A stretch of 21,506 nt of DNA, from positions 1-21,506 of the forward strand of contig JBDTMT010000022.1 in the NCBI GenBank assembly GCA_039934135.1, written 5' to 3'. This DNA is from a bacterium. GTDB lineage: Bacteria > Desulfobacterota > Binatia > HRBIN30 > CADEER01. Below, one piece after another: positions 11,111 through 20,620 of this stretch. Numbering within the stretch: position 1 is the first letter of the stretch; each line of letters opens with the position of its first letter. The notes below the pieces were generated by a model. It was not told the DNA's origin and did no database searches. It was given only the letters and a program-made list of their open reading frames with translations. Both the position numbers and the translations under genes were made by a program.

Positions 11111-12643
11111 TCACTCCCACTCAATGGTCGCCGGTGGCTTCGAGCTGACGTCATACACGACGCGATTCACTCCGGCGACTTCGTTGATAATGCGCGACGA
11201 CATTTTCGCCAGGAGCTCGTACGGCAGGCGGCTCCAGTCGGCGGTCATGCCGTCGACGCTTTCGACGGAGCGGATGGCGAGGACGTGTTCGTAGGTGCGT
11301 TCGTCGCCCATGACGCCGACGGTTTTGACCGGCAGGAGGACGCAGAAGGATTGCCAGACGCGGTCGTACCAGCCGGCGGCGCGGATCTCTTCGTCCATGA
11401 TGGCGTCGGCGGCCTGCACGATGGCGACGCGCTCGGCGTCGACGGGGCCGATGATGCGGATGGCGAGACCGGGGCCGGGAAACGGGTGGCGGCCGACCAG
11501 CGAGGCGGGAATGCCGAGCGTTGCGCCGAGCTCGCGCACTTCGTCTTTGAAGAGCTCGCGCAGCGGCTCGACGAGCTTGAGATGCATGCGCTCTGGCAGT
11601 CCGCCGACGTTGTGGTGGCTCTTGATGGTCGCCGACGGGCCCTTGAACGACACCGATTCGATGACGTCGGGATACAGCGTGCCCTGCGCCAGGAAGGCGA
11701 CGTTCGGCAGCGCGCGCGCCTCTTCCTCGAAGACTTCCACGAAGGTGACGCCGATGATGCGACGCTTCTGCTCCGGATCGCTGACCCCGGCGAGGCGGCG
11801 CAGGAAGCGCGCCCCGGCGTCGACCGCCTTGATGCGGAAGTGGAAGGCGTCGCCGAGGAACTGCATGACGCGCGTCGCTTCGTCGCGCCGCAGCACGCCG
11901 TTGTCGACGAAGATGCAGGTCAGCTGGTCGCCGATGGCGCGGTGGATCAGCGCCGCGGTGACGGTCGAGTCGACGCCGCCGCTCAGGCCGCAGACCACGC
12001 CGGCCGAGCCCACCTGGGCGCGGATGCGCTCGGTCTCGCGGTCGATGAAGTTCTCCATCGTCCAGTCGGCCTTGGCCTTGCAGATGCGGAAGAGGAAGTT
12101 CTCCAGCAGATCGCGGCCGCGACGCGAGTGCACCACCTCGGGATGGAACTGGATGCCGTAGCGCCGGCGGGTACGGTCGGCGAGCGCCGCGATCGGCGAG
12201 TTGTCGCTGTGCGCCAGTACCTTCCAGCCGGCGGGGATCTCTTCCAGGCGGTCGGCGTGACTCATCCACACCGGCGTCTTGTGGCCGATGCCGAAGCCCT
12301 CGAAGAGATCGCCGTCGTCATCGACGATCAGCTCCGCGGGGCCGAACTCGCGCGCCGCGGCGCGGGCGGTGCGCGCGCCGTCCTCCTTGGCCAGCACGCT
12401 CATGCCGTAACAGACGCCGAGCAGCGGCACGCCCAACTGCGCCAACCCGGGATCCGACAGCGGCGCATTCACCGCATACACGCTCGCCGGCCCGCCGGAG
12501 AGGATGATCCCCTCCGGCCGCATCTCGCGAATCCGCTCCAGCGACAGGTTGTACGGATGCAGCTCGCAGTACACGCGCGCTTCGCGCACCCGCCGCGCGA
12601 TCAGCTGCGTGTATTGGGAGCCGAAGTCGAGGATGAGGATCAT
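11111..12643 (-). CDS. guaA: GMP synthase (glutamine-hydrolysing).
   Basis: The N-terminal class I glutamine amidotransferase domain ([21 protein letters not shown]...GVCYGM) and the ATP-pyrophosphatase domain (SGGVDSTV) are present. The protein ends in the family-typical ...PATIEWE. Confidence 0.97.
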   Translation of the reverse strand: MILILDFGSQYTQLIARRVREARVYCELHPYNLSLERIREMRPEGIILSGGPASVYAVNAPLSDPGLAQLGVPLLGVCYGMSVLAKEDGARTARAAAREFGPAELIVDDDGDLFEGFGIGHKTPVWMSHADRLEEIPAGWKVLAHSDNSPIAALADRTRRRYGIQFHPEVVHSRRGRDLLENFLFRICKAKADWTMENFIDRETERIRAQVGSAGVVCGLSGGVDSTVTAALIHRAIGDQLTCIFVDNGVLRRDEATRVMQFLGDAFHFRIKAVDAGARFLRRLAGVSDPEQKRRIIGVTFVEVFEEEARALPNVAFLAQGTLYPDVIESVSFKGPSATIKSHHNVGGLPERMHLKLVEPLRELFKDEVRELGATLGIPASLVGRHPFPGPGLAIRIIGPVDAERVAIVQAADAIMDEEIRAAGWYDRVWQSFCVLLPVKTVGVMGDERTYEHVLAIRSVESVDGMTADWSRLPYELLAKMSSRIINEVAGVNRVVYDVSSKPPATIEWE

Positions 12644-12654
12644 GCTGAAACCCT

Positions 12655-12681
12655 GTGAGCCGGTGAGCCGGTGAGCCGGTG
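12655..12681. repeat. Tandem octamer repeat (GTGAGCCG) of 3.4 copies, lying 12-38 nt upstream of the guaA start codon. An inverted partner (CACCGGCTCACC) sits at 12793-12804 near the guaB stop.
   Basis: Three perfect copies run from 12655 to 12678 with a partial fourth. The reverse-complement 12-mer lies about 120 bp away within the same guaB-guaA intergenic spacer. Confidence 0.6.
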
Positions 12682-12813
12682 GACGGGTCCATGCGGGAGC
12701 AGACCCCTCGACACCCGGACACCAGCAACAGGCGCGGACGAGGACAACGCAGCGGTCACAACACTGAACATGCTGTCACGGGCGCACTGGCACACCGGCT
12801 CACCGACGAACAC

Positions 12814-14289
12814 TCAGCGGTCCCCCGACCGCTGATAGTTCGGCGCTTCCTTGGCAATGAACACATCGTGCACGTGGCTCTCCTGCAGTGAGGCGTTGGA
12901 GACGCGCATGAAGCGGGCGTGTTCCTGCAGGTCGGAGACGCTGCGGCAGCCGACGTAGCCCATGCCGGCTTTCAGGCCGCCGACGAGCTGCGCGATGATG
13001 AAGCTGAGCGGCCCCTTGTGCGGCACGCGCCCTTCGATGCCTTCGGGGACCAGCTTAACCGCATCGGCGGCGTCCTGGCCGTAGCGGTTGCGGCTGCCTT
13101 CGCGCTCGCGCATCGCCTCCAGCGAGCCCATGCCGCGGTACAGCTTGTAGGTGCGGCCCTGGTACAGAATCGTCTCACCCGGGCTCTCCTCGGTGCCGGC
13201 GAACAGGCCGCCGATCATCACCGAGTCGGCGCCGGCGGCGAGTGCCTTGGGAATATCGCCGGAGAACTTGATGCCGCCGTCGGCGATCAGCGGGATGTCG
13301 AACTCCTTGGCGACACGCGCCGCGGCGGCGACGGCGGTGAGTTGCGGCACGCCGACGCCGGAGATGACGCGCGTCGTGCAGATCGACGCCGGCCCCATGC
13401 CGACCTTGAGCCCGTCGGCGCCGGCTTCGGCGAGGGCCCGTGCGCCTTCGGCGGTGGCGATGTTGCCGGCGACGACGTCGATGTCCGGGAACGCCGCTTT
13501 GATCTCGCGCACGGTGTCGATGACGTTCGCCGAATGCCCGTGCGCGGTGTCGAGGATCAACACGTCGGCGCCAGCGGCAACCAGGCGTTCGGCGCGCTCG
13601 CGCTGATCGACGCCGGTGCCGATGGCGCCGGCGACGCGCAGGCGGCCGAGCGAATCCTTGCAGGCGTCGGGGAATTGCGCCGCCTTGTTGATGTCCTTGA
13701 CCGTGATCAGTCCCTTCAGGCGTCCCCGTGCGTCAACGATCAGCAGCTTCTCGATGCGATGCTGGTGCAAGCGATCCTTGGCATCCTCGAGACTGATGCC
13801 GGGCGCGGCGGTGACCAAATTGTCCTTGGTCATCACCTCGGACACCTTGCGATCGAGGCGCTTCTCGAAGCGCAGGTCGCGATTGGTGAGGATGCCGACC
13901 AGGCAGCCGTCCTTGGTCACCGGCAGGCCGGAGATGCGGTAACGCCGCATGACGTCGAGCGCTTCGAAGATCGGCTGGTCCGGATGCACGGTCACCGGAT
14001 CGATAATCATGCCGCTCTCGGATTTCTTCACCTTGTCGATCTCGTGCGCCTGATGTTCGATCGACAGGTTACGGTGCATGACGCCGATGCCGCCCTCTTG
14101 CGCCATGGCGATGGCCATCGCCGCTTCGGTGACGGTGTCCATGGCGGCGCTGATGAGGGGAATGTTCAGCGACACGCGGCGCGACAGCCGCGTCGTCACA
14201 TCGGCTTCGTGGGGCAGAAAGGTCGACGCGCCCGGCACCAGCAGAACATCGTCGAAGGTGAAGCCTTCCGGCATGTCATACGTGAACAT
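12814..14289 (-). CDS. guaB: IMP dehydrogenase.
   Basis: The TIM-barrel IMPDH region with tandem CBS domains and a catalytic Cys loop ([11 protein letters not shown]) is present. The start is chosen at ATG 14289 ([19 protein letters not shown]), which is preceded by GGAAGGAGATCCG-ATG. The ORF extends to 14448, but that extension does not look native. Confidence 0.97.
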   Translation of the reverse strand: MFTYDMPEGFTFDDVLLVPGASTFLPHEADVTTRLSRRVSLNIPLISAAMDTVTEAAMAIAMAQEGGIGVMHRNLSIEHQAHEIDKVKKSESGMIIDPVTVHPDQPIFEALDVMRRYRISGLPVTKDGCLVGILTNRDLRFEKRLDRKVSEVMTKDNLVTAAPGISLEDAKDRLHQHRIEKLLIVDARGRLKGLITVKDINKAAQFPDACKDSLGRLRVAGAIGTGVDQRERAERLVAAGADVLILDTAHGHSANVIDTVREIKAAFPDIDVVAGNIATAEGARALAEAGADGLKVGMGPASICTTRVISGVGVPQLTAVAAAARVAKEFDIPLIADGGIKFSGDIPKALAAGADSVMIGGLFAGTEESPGETILYQGRTYKLYRGMGSLEAMREREGSRNRYGQDAADAVKLVPEGIEGRVPHKGPLSFIIAQLVGGLKAGMGYVGCRSVSDLQEHARFMRVSNASLQESHVHDVFIAKEAPNYQRSGDR

Positions 14290-14317
14290 CGGATCTCCTT
14301 CCGGAACGTCGGCCGGT

Positions 14318-14350
14318 GCGGCGCGCCTCACGCCCAGAGAGGCGCGCCGC
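14318..14350 (-). promoter_or_regulatory. Perfect GC-rich hairpin (12-bp stem GCGGCGCGCCTC / GAGGCGCGCCGC, 9-nt loop) in the guaB 5' leader, 29-61 nt upstream of the guaB ATG.
   Basis: The sequence was read directly. No U-tract follows on either strand, so it is not a classical intrinsic terminator and is more likely a leader structure. Confidence 0.35.
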
Positions 14351-14379
14351 CAGGCGGTCGTTGCCCAGTCGCAGCCCGC

Positions 14380-14395
14380 CGATCGGTACCGATCG
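14380..14395. promoter_or_regulatory. Perfect 16-bp palindrome CGATCGGTACCGATCG in the divergent guaB / gamma-carbonic-anhydrase promoter region; candidate operator for a dimeric regulator.
   Basis: It was read directly and is a perfect dyad centred on GTAC. It lies 91-106 nt upstream of the guaB ATG and about 127 nt upstream of the carbonic-anhydrase ATG. Confidence 0.3.
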
Positions 14396-14521
14396 AGGCG
14401 CGGCTGCGTGCATCGGGCAAACCATGGCGTCAGGTAGCAGAGACGCAAGTCCTAAGGCAACCCACCCTGCCCCTCCACAACATCTTGTGGATACGCCCCG
14501 CGCCTCGCTATGAGGCCACCG

Positions 14522-15037
14522 ATGCTGATCGAGCTCGACGGCGTACGGCCGACGATCGACGCCGACGCCTGGGTCCAGGCCAGCGCGCAGGTGATCGGCG
14601 ACGTGACCCTCGGGCCGCAGGCGAGCGTGTGGTTCAACGTCGTGCTGCGCGGCGACGGCTTCTGGATCCGCGTCGGGGCGCGCTCGAACATCCAGGACAA
14701 CTCCACCGTGCACGTCGCCACGGCGCGGCACGGCACCGCGGTCGGCGACGATGTCACCGTCGGCCACAACGTCGTGCTGCACGGCTGCGCCATCGGCGAC
14801 CGCTGCCTGATCGGCATCGGCTCGATCGTCCTCGACCGCTGCGTCGTCGGTGACGACTGCATCATCGGCGCCGGCTCGCTGCTGACGCCGGACACCGTCA
14901 TCCCGCCCGGCCACCTCGCGCACGGCCGCCCCGCCAAGCCGGTGCGCCCGATCACCGACGCCGAGCGCGCCCACATCCTGCAGTCGGCGGCGAACTACGC
15001 GCTGAATGCGGCGCGCTACCGGGTTGGCGCGCGCTGA
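14522..15037 (+). CDS. Gamma-class carbonic anhydrase family protein (hexapeptide-repeat, YrdA/PaaY-like).
   Basis: It has the left-handed beta-helix hexapeptide repeats (VIGDVTLG, VGDDVTVGHNVVLHGCAIGDRCLIGIGSIVLDRCVVGDDCIIGAGS) and the family N-terminus MLIELDGVRPTIDADAWV. The ATG at 14522 has a GAGG 6 nt upstream. An alternative ATG lies at 14510. Confidence 0.85.
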   Translation: MLIELDGVRPTIDADAWVQASAQVIGDVTLGPQASVWFNVVLRGDGFWIRVGARSNIQDNSTVHVATARHGTAVGDDVTVGHNVVLHGCAIGDRCLIGIGSIVLDRCVVGDDCIIGAGSLLTPDTVIPPGHLAHGRPAKPVRPITDAERAHILQSAANYALNAARYRVGAR

Positions 15038-15155
15038 TCGCCTATCGCTTATCGCCTATCGTTTAGATCGGCGCAGCTCGATCGCGACGGCAGAGCGATC
15101 GTTCGCTCGCTCCGAAGCTCCTGACGATAGGCGATCCGCGATCAGCGACCAGCAA
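15038..15155. repeat. Second, more degenerate copy of the same palindromic element family, lying between the convergent gamma-carbonic-anhydrase and epoxide-hydrolase genes.
   Basis: Its right arm CGATAGGCGATCCGCG (15124-15139) is identical over 16 nt to 18120-18135. Its left side carries tandem CGCCTATCG copies (15040-15048 and 15052-15060) that are inverted relative to the right arm. Confidence 0.5.
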
Positions 15156-16067
15156 TCAGCCAGGCCGTACAAAATAGCGCAGAGCGTTGTTGAGGACATC
15201 CGCCTGCTCCCACTGCAGGAAGTGGCCGCAGTCGGGGACGACGAAGGGGCCGACGTGTTCGGGATAGGCGATGCGGGCGCGGGCCATGAAGTCGCTCGGC
15301 AGGACGTGGTCGTCGGGTCCGTAGAGAATCAGCGTCGGCACCGGCACCGGGGCGAAGAAGCACGGCGGTTCGACAACCGGGCGGTTGCCGAAAGCGTATT
15401 CGTAGTTGGCGATGCTGGCGCGGAACTTCGCTGCGTCGGCGAAGGGTTCGCACATGAAGCGCACCTCGTCGGGACTGAATTTACCAGGCGAGGTCCAGAA
15501 GCGATGGCCGTAGAACTCGGCGATGTAGCGCATGCGCCGCTCCGGTGAGTCGAGCTCAGCCGCCAGGCCGTCGGCGTCGGTGCCCTGGCGGACGAAGTAG
15601 TCCATCGCCAGTCGCGCCTCGTGGGCGATCCCCGGCTGGATCCCGGCAGCGGCATACGCGTCGATAAGATAGGGCGTAACCGTATTGAACAGGCACAGCC
15701 GCTCGACGAAGCCGGGAAAGCGCAGCGCCAGATCGGCGGCGACGGCGCCGCCCAGGTCGCCCGCCACCACCGCACAGTGCTGATGGCCGAGGCGGTCGTG
15801 CACCAGCGCGTACAGGTCGCGGGCATGGGTGGCGAGATCGTAGAAGCCGTCCGGCGCGCAATCCGAATCACCGAAGCCGCGCAGATCGGGGGCGATCACC
15901 TCGAAGCCGGCTGCGGCCAGTGGCGCCAGGTTGCGCCACCAGATGCGCTTGGTCTCCGGCCAGCCGTGAATCAGCAGCAGCGGCGCGCCGCCGCTGCCGG
16001 CGCGGATGTAGGCGAGGCCCAACGCGTCGCGCACCCGCGCGCGCTGGACCTCAAACTCGCGCCCCAT
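15156..16067 (-). CDS. Alpha/beta hydrolase, epoxide-hydrolase / haloalkane-dehalogenase-like.
   Basis: The HGWP oxyanion motif (LLLIHGWPETKRIW), a nucleophile elbow (VAGDLGG) and a C-terminal catalytic His region (PDCGHFLQWEQ) are present. It sits 14 nt downstream of a GST gene, in an apparent operon. Confidence 0.85.
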   Translation of the reverse strand: MGREFEVQRARVRDALGLAYIRAGSGGAPLLLIHGWPETKRIWWRNLAPLAAAGFEVIAPDLRGFGDSDCAPDGFYDLATHARDLYALVHDRLGHQHCAVVAGDLGGAVAADLALRFPGFVERLCLFNTVTPYLIDAYAAAGIQPGIAHEARLAMDYFVRQGTDADGLAAELDSPERRMRYIAEFYGHRFWTSPGKFSPDEVRFMCEPFADAAKFRASIANYEYAFGNRPVVEPPCFFAPVPVPTLILYGPDDHVLPSDFMARARIAYPEHVGPFVVPDCGHFLQWEQADVLNNALRYFVRPG

Positions 16068-16081
16068 TCGTTCGAACGCGG

Positions 16082-16690
16082 TCAGGCCGCGGCGCTCGGC
16101 CGCTGCTTGAACGCGGCGTGCCAGCGACCGACGTTCTGCAGGCCGGGATCGACGGGGATCTCGGCGAAGGCGGCCATCTCCAGTGCCGCGAACAGCGTGC
16201 AGTCGGCAATCGTCGGCTGCGCACCGCAGACGAAGGGCTGGTTGCCGATCTTGGCGTCCAGGACCTTCAGGTTGGTCGCCAGGCGCAGCCGGCCCTGCTC
16301 GGCGGCATCGGCTGACTGCTTCACTCGGGCGGCGAAGAACGCGTGCGTGTTCTGGAACACCGTCGCGATGCCGAACAGCACGCCGAGCTCGCAGATGCGC
16401 TCGGTGGCGCGCACCCGCGCGCGCTCCACGGCGCTGGTGCCGAGCATCGGCGGCGTCGGATGCAGCTCCTCGAGGTACTCGATGATCGCCAGTGATTCGG
16501 TCAGGTGACTGCCGTCGTCGAGTTGCAAGACCGGCAGACCGCCGAGCGGGTTCTTCTGCAGAAAATCGGGCTTGCGGTTGGCGCCATTCATCACGTCGAC
16601 CTGCTCGACGGGGATCTCCAGACCCTTCTCAGCCAGATAGACGCGCACCTTCTTCGGATTCGGGGCCAGGGCGAAGTCATAGAGTTTCAT
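16082..16690 (-). CDS. Glutathione S-transferase.
   Basis: It has the N-terminal GST thioredoxin-like domain (MKLYDFALAPNPKKVRVYLAEKGLEIPVEQVDVMNGANRKPDFLQKNPLGGLPVLQLDDGSHLTESLAIIEYLEE) and the C-terminal helical domain. A strong RBS, AAGGAGG, lies 7 nt upstream of the ATG. Confidence 0.85.
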   Translation of the reverse strand: MKLYDFALAPNPKKVRVYLAEKGLEIPVEQVDVMNGANRKPDFLQKNPLGGLPVLQLDDGSHLTESLAIIEYLEELHPTPPMLGTSAVERARVRATERICELGVLFGIATVFQNTHAFFAARVKQSADAAEQGRLRLATNLKVLDAKIGNQPFVCGAQPTIADCTLFAALEMAAFAEIPVDPGLQNVGRWHAAFKQRPSAAA

Positions 16691-16813
16691 GTCCAGTCCT
16701 CCTTGTCGGTGTCCTCGGGGCTTAGCGCGTCGGCGTCAACGGCGCGAGCGCTACGACCGGCTCAACCGTTCGCGCACGGGCAACCGTCAACGCCGTGTGA
16801 TAGCCGCGGCGCG

Positions 16814-18034
16814 ATGGAGGAGCTGTCGGTCGAACGCCAGGATAGGCTGCGCGCGGCGCTGCGCCGCAACGGCCTGGTGCGCCGACCGGAGATCCTGCGC
16901 CGCTATCTGCGGCGCCACGGTCTGCGCTTCACCGAGGGCAACCGCGTCCACATCTTCGCCACCGGCGACGCCGGCCTCGCCGCCATGCTGACGGCGATCG
17001 AGGGCGGGACGCAGCGCATCCACCTGGAGACATACATCCTGCGCGCCGACGCCATCGGCCGCCGCTTCCTGGCGGCGCTGACGCACAAGGCGCGCGGCGG
17101 CGTCAGCGTGCGCGTGATCTACGACGCCGTCGGTTCGCTGAGGCTCGATCCGGTGGAGCTCGACGCCCTGCGCGACGCGGGTGGACAGGTGCTGCGCTTC
17201 AATCCCCTGCGCCACCTGTATCCGCAGTGGCTGCCGCGGCGGCGCGACCATCGCAAGATCCTCGTCGTCGACGGCCGCGTCGGCTTCACCGGCGGACTCA
17301 ATATCGGCGACGAGTACAACGCCGGCCCCGGCAGCCACCGCGCCATCTGGCGCGACACGCACCTGCAGGTCGAAGGCCCGGCCGTGCAGGATCTCGAGGC
17401 GGTCTTCCTCGAGAGCTGGTTCCGCTCCGACGGCTCGGATCTGCCGTGGGGCCAGATGCTCGGCGGGCCGCCGCCGGCCGTCGACGGCGAGCGCGTCTCC
17501 GTGGTCGCCGACGGTCCCTCCTATCGCCACCGCGTCGTGCGCGATCTCGTCCTGCTCGCGCTCGCCACGGCGCGCCGCAGCGTCTGCCTGACCAGCCCCT
17601 ACTTCGCGCCCGACGTGAAGGTGCTTTCCGGGCTGGCGCGCGCCGCGCGCCGCGGCGTCGCGGTGACGCTGCTGCTCGCCGGCCGCACCGATCATCCAAT
17701 TCTGCGCCGTGCGACGCGCAGCCTGCTGCCGCGCCTGCTCGATGCCGGTGTCGTCGTCTACGAAGTCGACGCCGCCATGCTGCACGCCAAGACCACGGTG
17801 CTCGACGACATCTGGGCCATGGCCGGCACCTCGAACCTCGATCGCCAGAGCTTCGAGCGCAGCTACGAGGTCAACCTCGTCATCGAAGGCGGCGACGTGC
17901 CGCGCCAACTGGCGGCGCTCTTCGATGCCGATATCGCCGCGGCGATCCGCCTCGACGCCGCCCGCCTGGCGCGCCGCACTCTGCCCGAGCGACTCCTCGA
18001 CCGCATCTGCGCGCTGGTGCTGTGGATCGTCTGA
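16814..18034 (+). CDS. Phospholipase D-superfamily protein / cardiolipin synthase (ClsB-like, no N-terminal TM segment).
   Basis: Two HKD motifs are present: HRKILVVDGRVGFTGGLNIGDEY and HAKTTVLDDIWAMAGTSNLDRQS. The start is chosen at the internal ATG 16814 (MEELSVERQ...) because the ORF's upstream extension to 16505 would overlap the oppositely oriented GST gene. Confidence 0.85.
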   Translation: MEELSVERQDRLRAALRRNGLVRRPEILRRYLRRHGLRFTEGNRVHIFATGDAGLAAMLTAIEGGTQRIHLETYILRADAIGRRFLAALTHKARGGVSVRVIYDAVGSLRLDPVELDALRDAGGQVLRFNPLRHLYPQWLPRRRDHRKILVVDGRVGFTGGLNIGDEYNAGPGSHRAIWRDTHLQVEGPAVQDLEAVFLESWFRSDGSDLPWGQMLGGPPPAVDGERVSVVADGPSYRHRVVRDLVLLALATARRSVCLTSPYFAPDVKVLSGLARAARRGVAVTLLLAGRTDHPILRRATRSLLPRLLDAGVVVYEVDAAMLHAKTTVLDDIWAMAGTSNLDRQSFERSYEVNLVIEGGDVPRQLAALFDADIAAAIRLDAARLARRTLPERLLDRICALVLWIV

Positions 18035-18138
18035 GGACGCGGATCGCCTATGAGCAAGCGGTGTTCGGACGGCCGGTCGTACACCATCAGCGATGAGCGT
18101 TCTTGCGTTAGGCGATCGGCGATAGGCGATCCGCGTCC
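18035..18138. repeat. MITE/REP-like palindromic element of 104 bp with perfect 17-bp terminal inverted repeats (GGACGCGGATCGCCTAT ... ATAGGCGATCCGCGTCC). It exactly fills the gap between the cls stop and the EEP gene stop.
   Basis: The terminal inverted repeats were read directly at 18035-18051 and 18122-18138. An internal direct duplication of TAGGCGATC is present. The element boundaries coincide with the two convergent stop codons at 18032-18034 and 18139-18141. Confidence 0.6.
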
Positions 18139-18885
18139 TTAGGCGCTGGCCCGGCGTGTCGCGGAGCGTGCAGCCGGTTTGCGGTCCCACAGGCCGCCGA
18201 TGACGGCGCGGATCGGCAGGTGGTCGGAGGCGCGGCGGGCGCGGCTGGTGTTGTGCACCTCGACGGCGACCAGTGCATGGCGCGGTTGCACCCAGACGCG
18301 GTCGAGCGCGAACAGCGGCATGCTCGATGGAAAGGAGCGCACGCCGGGCGTGCGGCCGAAGCGGCGGTGCAGATGCCGCAACGGTTGGCTCGGCGGGCGC
18401 CATTCGTTGAAGTCGCCGAGCAGGATCAGCGGCGCGGCGCTGCCGGCGTCGATCGCCTCCAAGAGGCGCTCGACCTGCACCTGCCGCTCGCGCAGGCCGA
18501 GGCCGAGATGCGCGGCGATGACACGCACGCGCTTGCCGTGCACCTGCAGATCGACGTCGAGTGCGCCGCGGCGTTGGGCACGCGCCACGCTGAGGTCGAT
18601 ATTGCGCACCTCCAGCACCGCGTGGCGCGTCAGCAGGGCGTTGCCGTACTGGCCGCGCGCGCCGTACAGCACCGGTCCCCATACGCTCTCCAGACCGGTC
18701 GCTTCGGCGAAGCAGCGCAGCTGATCGACGCCGTTGCGCACGTGGTAGCGGAAGTCGACTTCCTGCAGCGCGATGATGTCGGCTTCGAGCTCCTCGATGA
18801 CCTTCACGACGCGCGCCGGATCGTGCTTGCCGTCGCGGCCGATGCAGCGATGCACGTTGTACGAGGCGACCGTCAGCGTCCGCAT
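18139..18885 (-). CDS. Endonuclease/exonuclease/phosphatase (EEP) family protein (YbhP-like).
   Basis: The N-terminus (MRTLTVASYNVHRC...DIIALQEVD), the internal motifs GDFNE and SDHLPI, and the catalytic Asp/His pattern are typical of the EEP fold. A GAGGA RBS precedes the ATG. Confidence 0.85.
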   Translation of the reverse strand: MRTLTVASYNVHRCIGRDGKHDPARVVKVIEELEADIIALQEVDFRYHVRNGVDQLRCFAEATGLESVWGPVLYGARGQYGNALLTRHAVLEVRNIDLSVARAQRRGALDVDLQVHGKRVRVIAAHLGLGLRERQVQVERLLEAIDAGSAAPLILLGDFNEWRPPSQPLRHLHRRFGRTPGVRSFPSSMPLFALDRVWVQPRHALVAVEVHNTSRARRASDHLPIRAVIGGLWDRKPAARSATRRASA

Positions 18886-18962
18886 CGCTCTGTCCTCATC
18901 TTCAGCCGACCCGCTTCCGCAACCGAATCCTTTATGAAAAGCTGCTTTGGCCGCGATGCTAG

Positions 18963-20150
<1,188 letters not shown>

Positions 20151-20233
20151 CGACCGCACCGCGCGACCGGTGATCGGACCGTTCCGGGCCACGCTGCCGA
20201 ACCGATCACTGATCACCTTCCTGGAGGATCTGA

Positions 20234-20620
20234 ATGGCGAACTCAGTCGGCTACCACGAATCCGAAGACAAACTGCTCGGCGAAACGCAGGACAACCATC
20301 GCGCCCTCACCTCCATGCAGGAGGAGCTCGAAGCGGCCGATTGGTACGATCAGCGCGTCGACGCGGCAGATTGTCCCGAGCTCAAGGCGATCCTGAAGCA
20401 CAACCGCGACGAAGAGGTCGAGCATTTTACCATGCTGCTCGAGTGGCTGCGGCGGCGCGATGCCAAGTTCGCCGAGCAGCTCAAGGAACGACTGTTCACC
20501 AGCGGCTCCATTGTCGCGCAGGAGCAGTCCGAGAAGGGCGGCGGCGCCGGCGCCGCGGCGACGCCGGCCGGCGGCGGCTCACTCGGAATCGGCAGTCTCA
20601 AGGGAGGACAAAGCCTGTGA
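20234..20620 (+). CDS. Encapsulated ferritin-like protein (EncFtn / Flp) with a C-terminal encapsulin cargo-loading peptide.
   Basis: The core (RALTSMQEELEAADWYDQRVDAADCPELKAILKHNRDEEVEHFTMLLEWLRRRDAKFAEQLKERLF) matches the EncFtn ferroxidase-centre pattern (EEL...E.EH). A Gly/Ala-rich flexible linker leads to a C-terminal GSLGIGSLKG targeting peptide, which is the canonical Family-1 encapsulin cargo signal. A GGAGG RBS lies 6 nt upstream. The stop overlaps the encapsulin GTG start (GTGA). Confidence 0.9.
   Translation: MANSVGYHESEDKLLGETQDNHRALTSMQEELEAADWYDQRVDAADCPELKAILKHNRDEEVEHFTMLLEWLRRRDAKFAEQLKERLFTSGSIVAQEQSEKGGGAGAAATPAGGGSLGIGSLKGGQSL

Noticed and set aside
12655-12681. Possible CRISPR array or other long repeat array.
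   Set aside because: There are only 3.4 copies of an 8-bp unit with no spacers. No repeat-spacer architecture exists anywhere in the window, and no cas genes are present.
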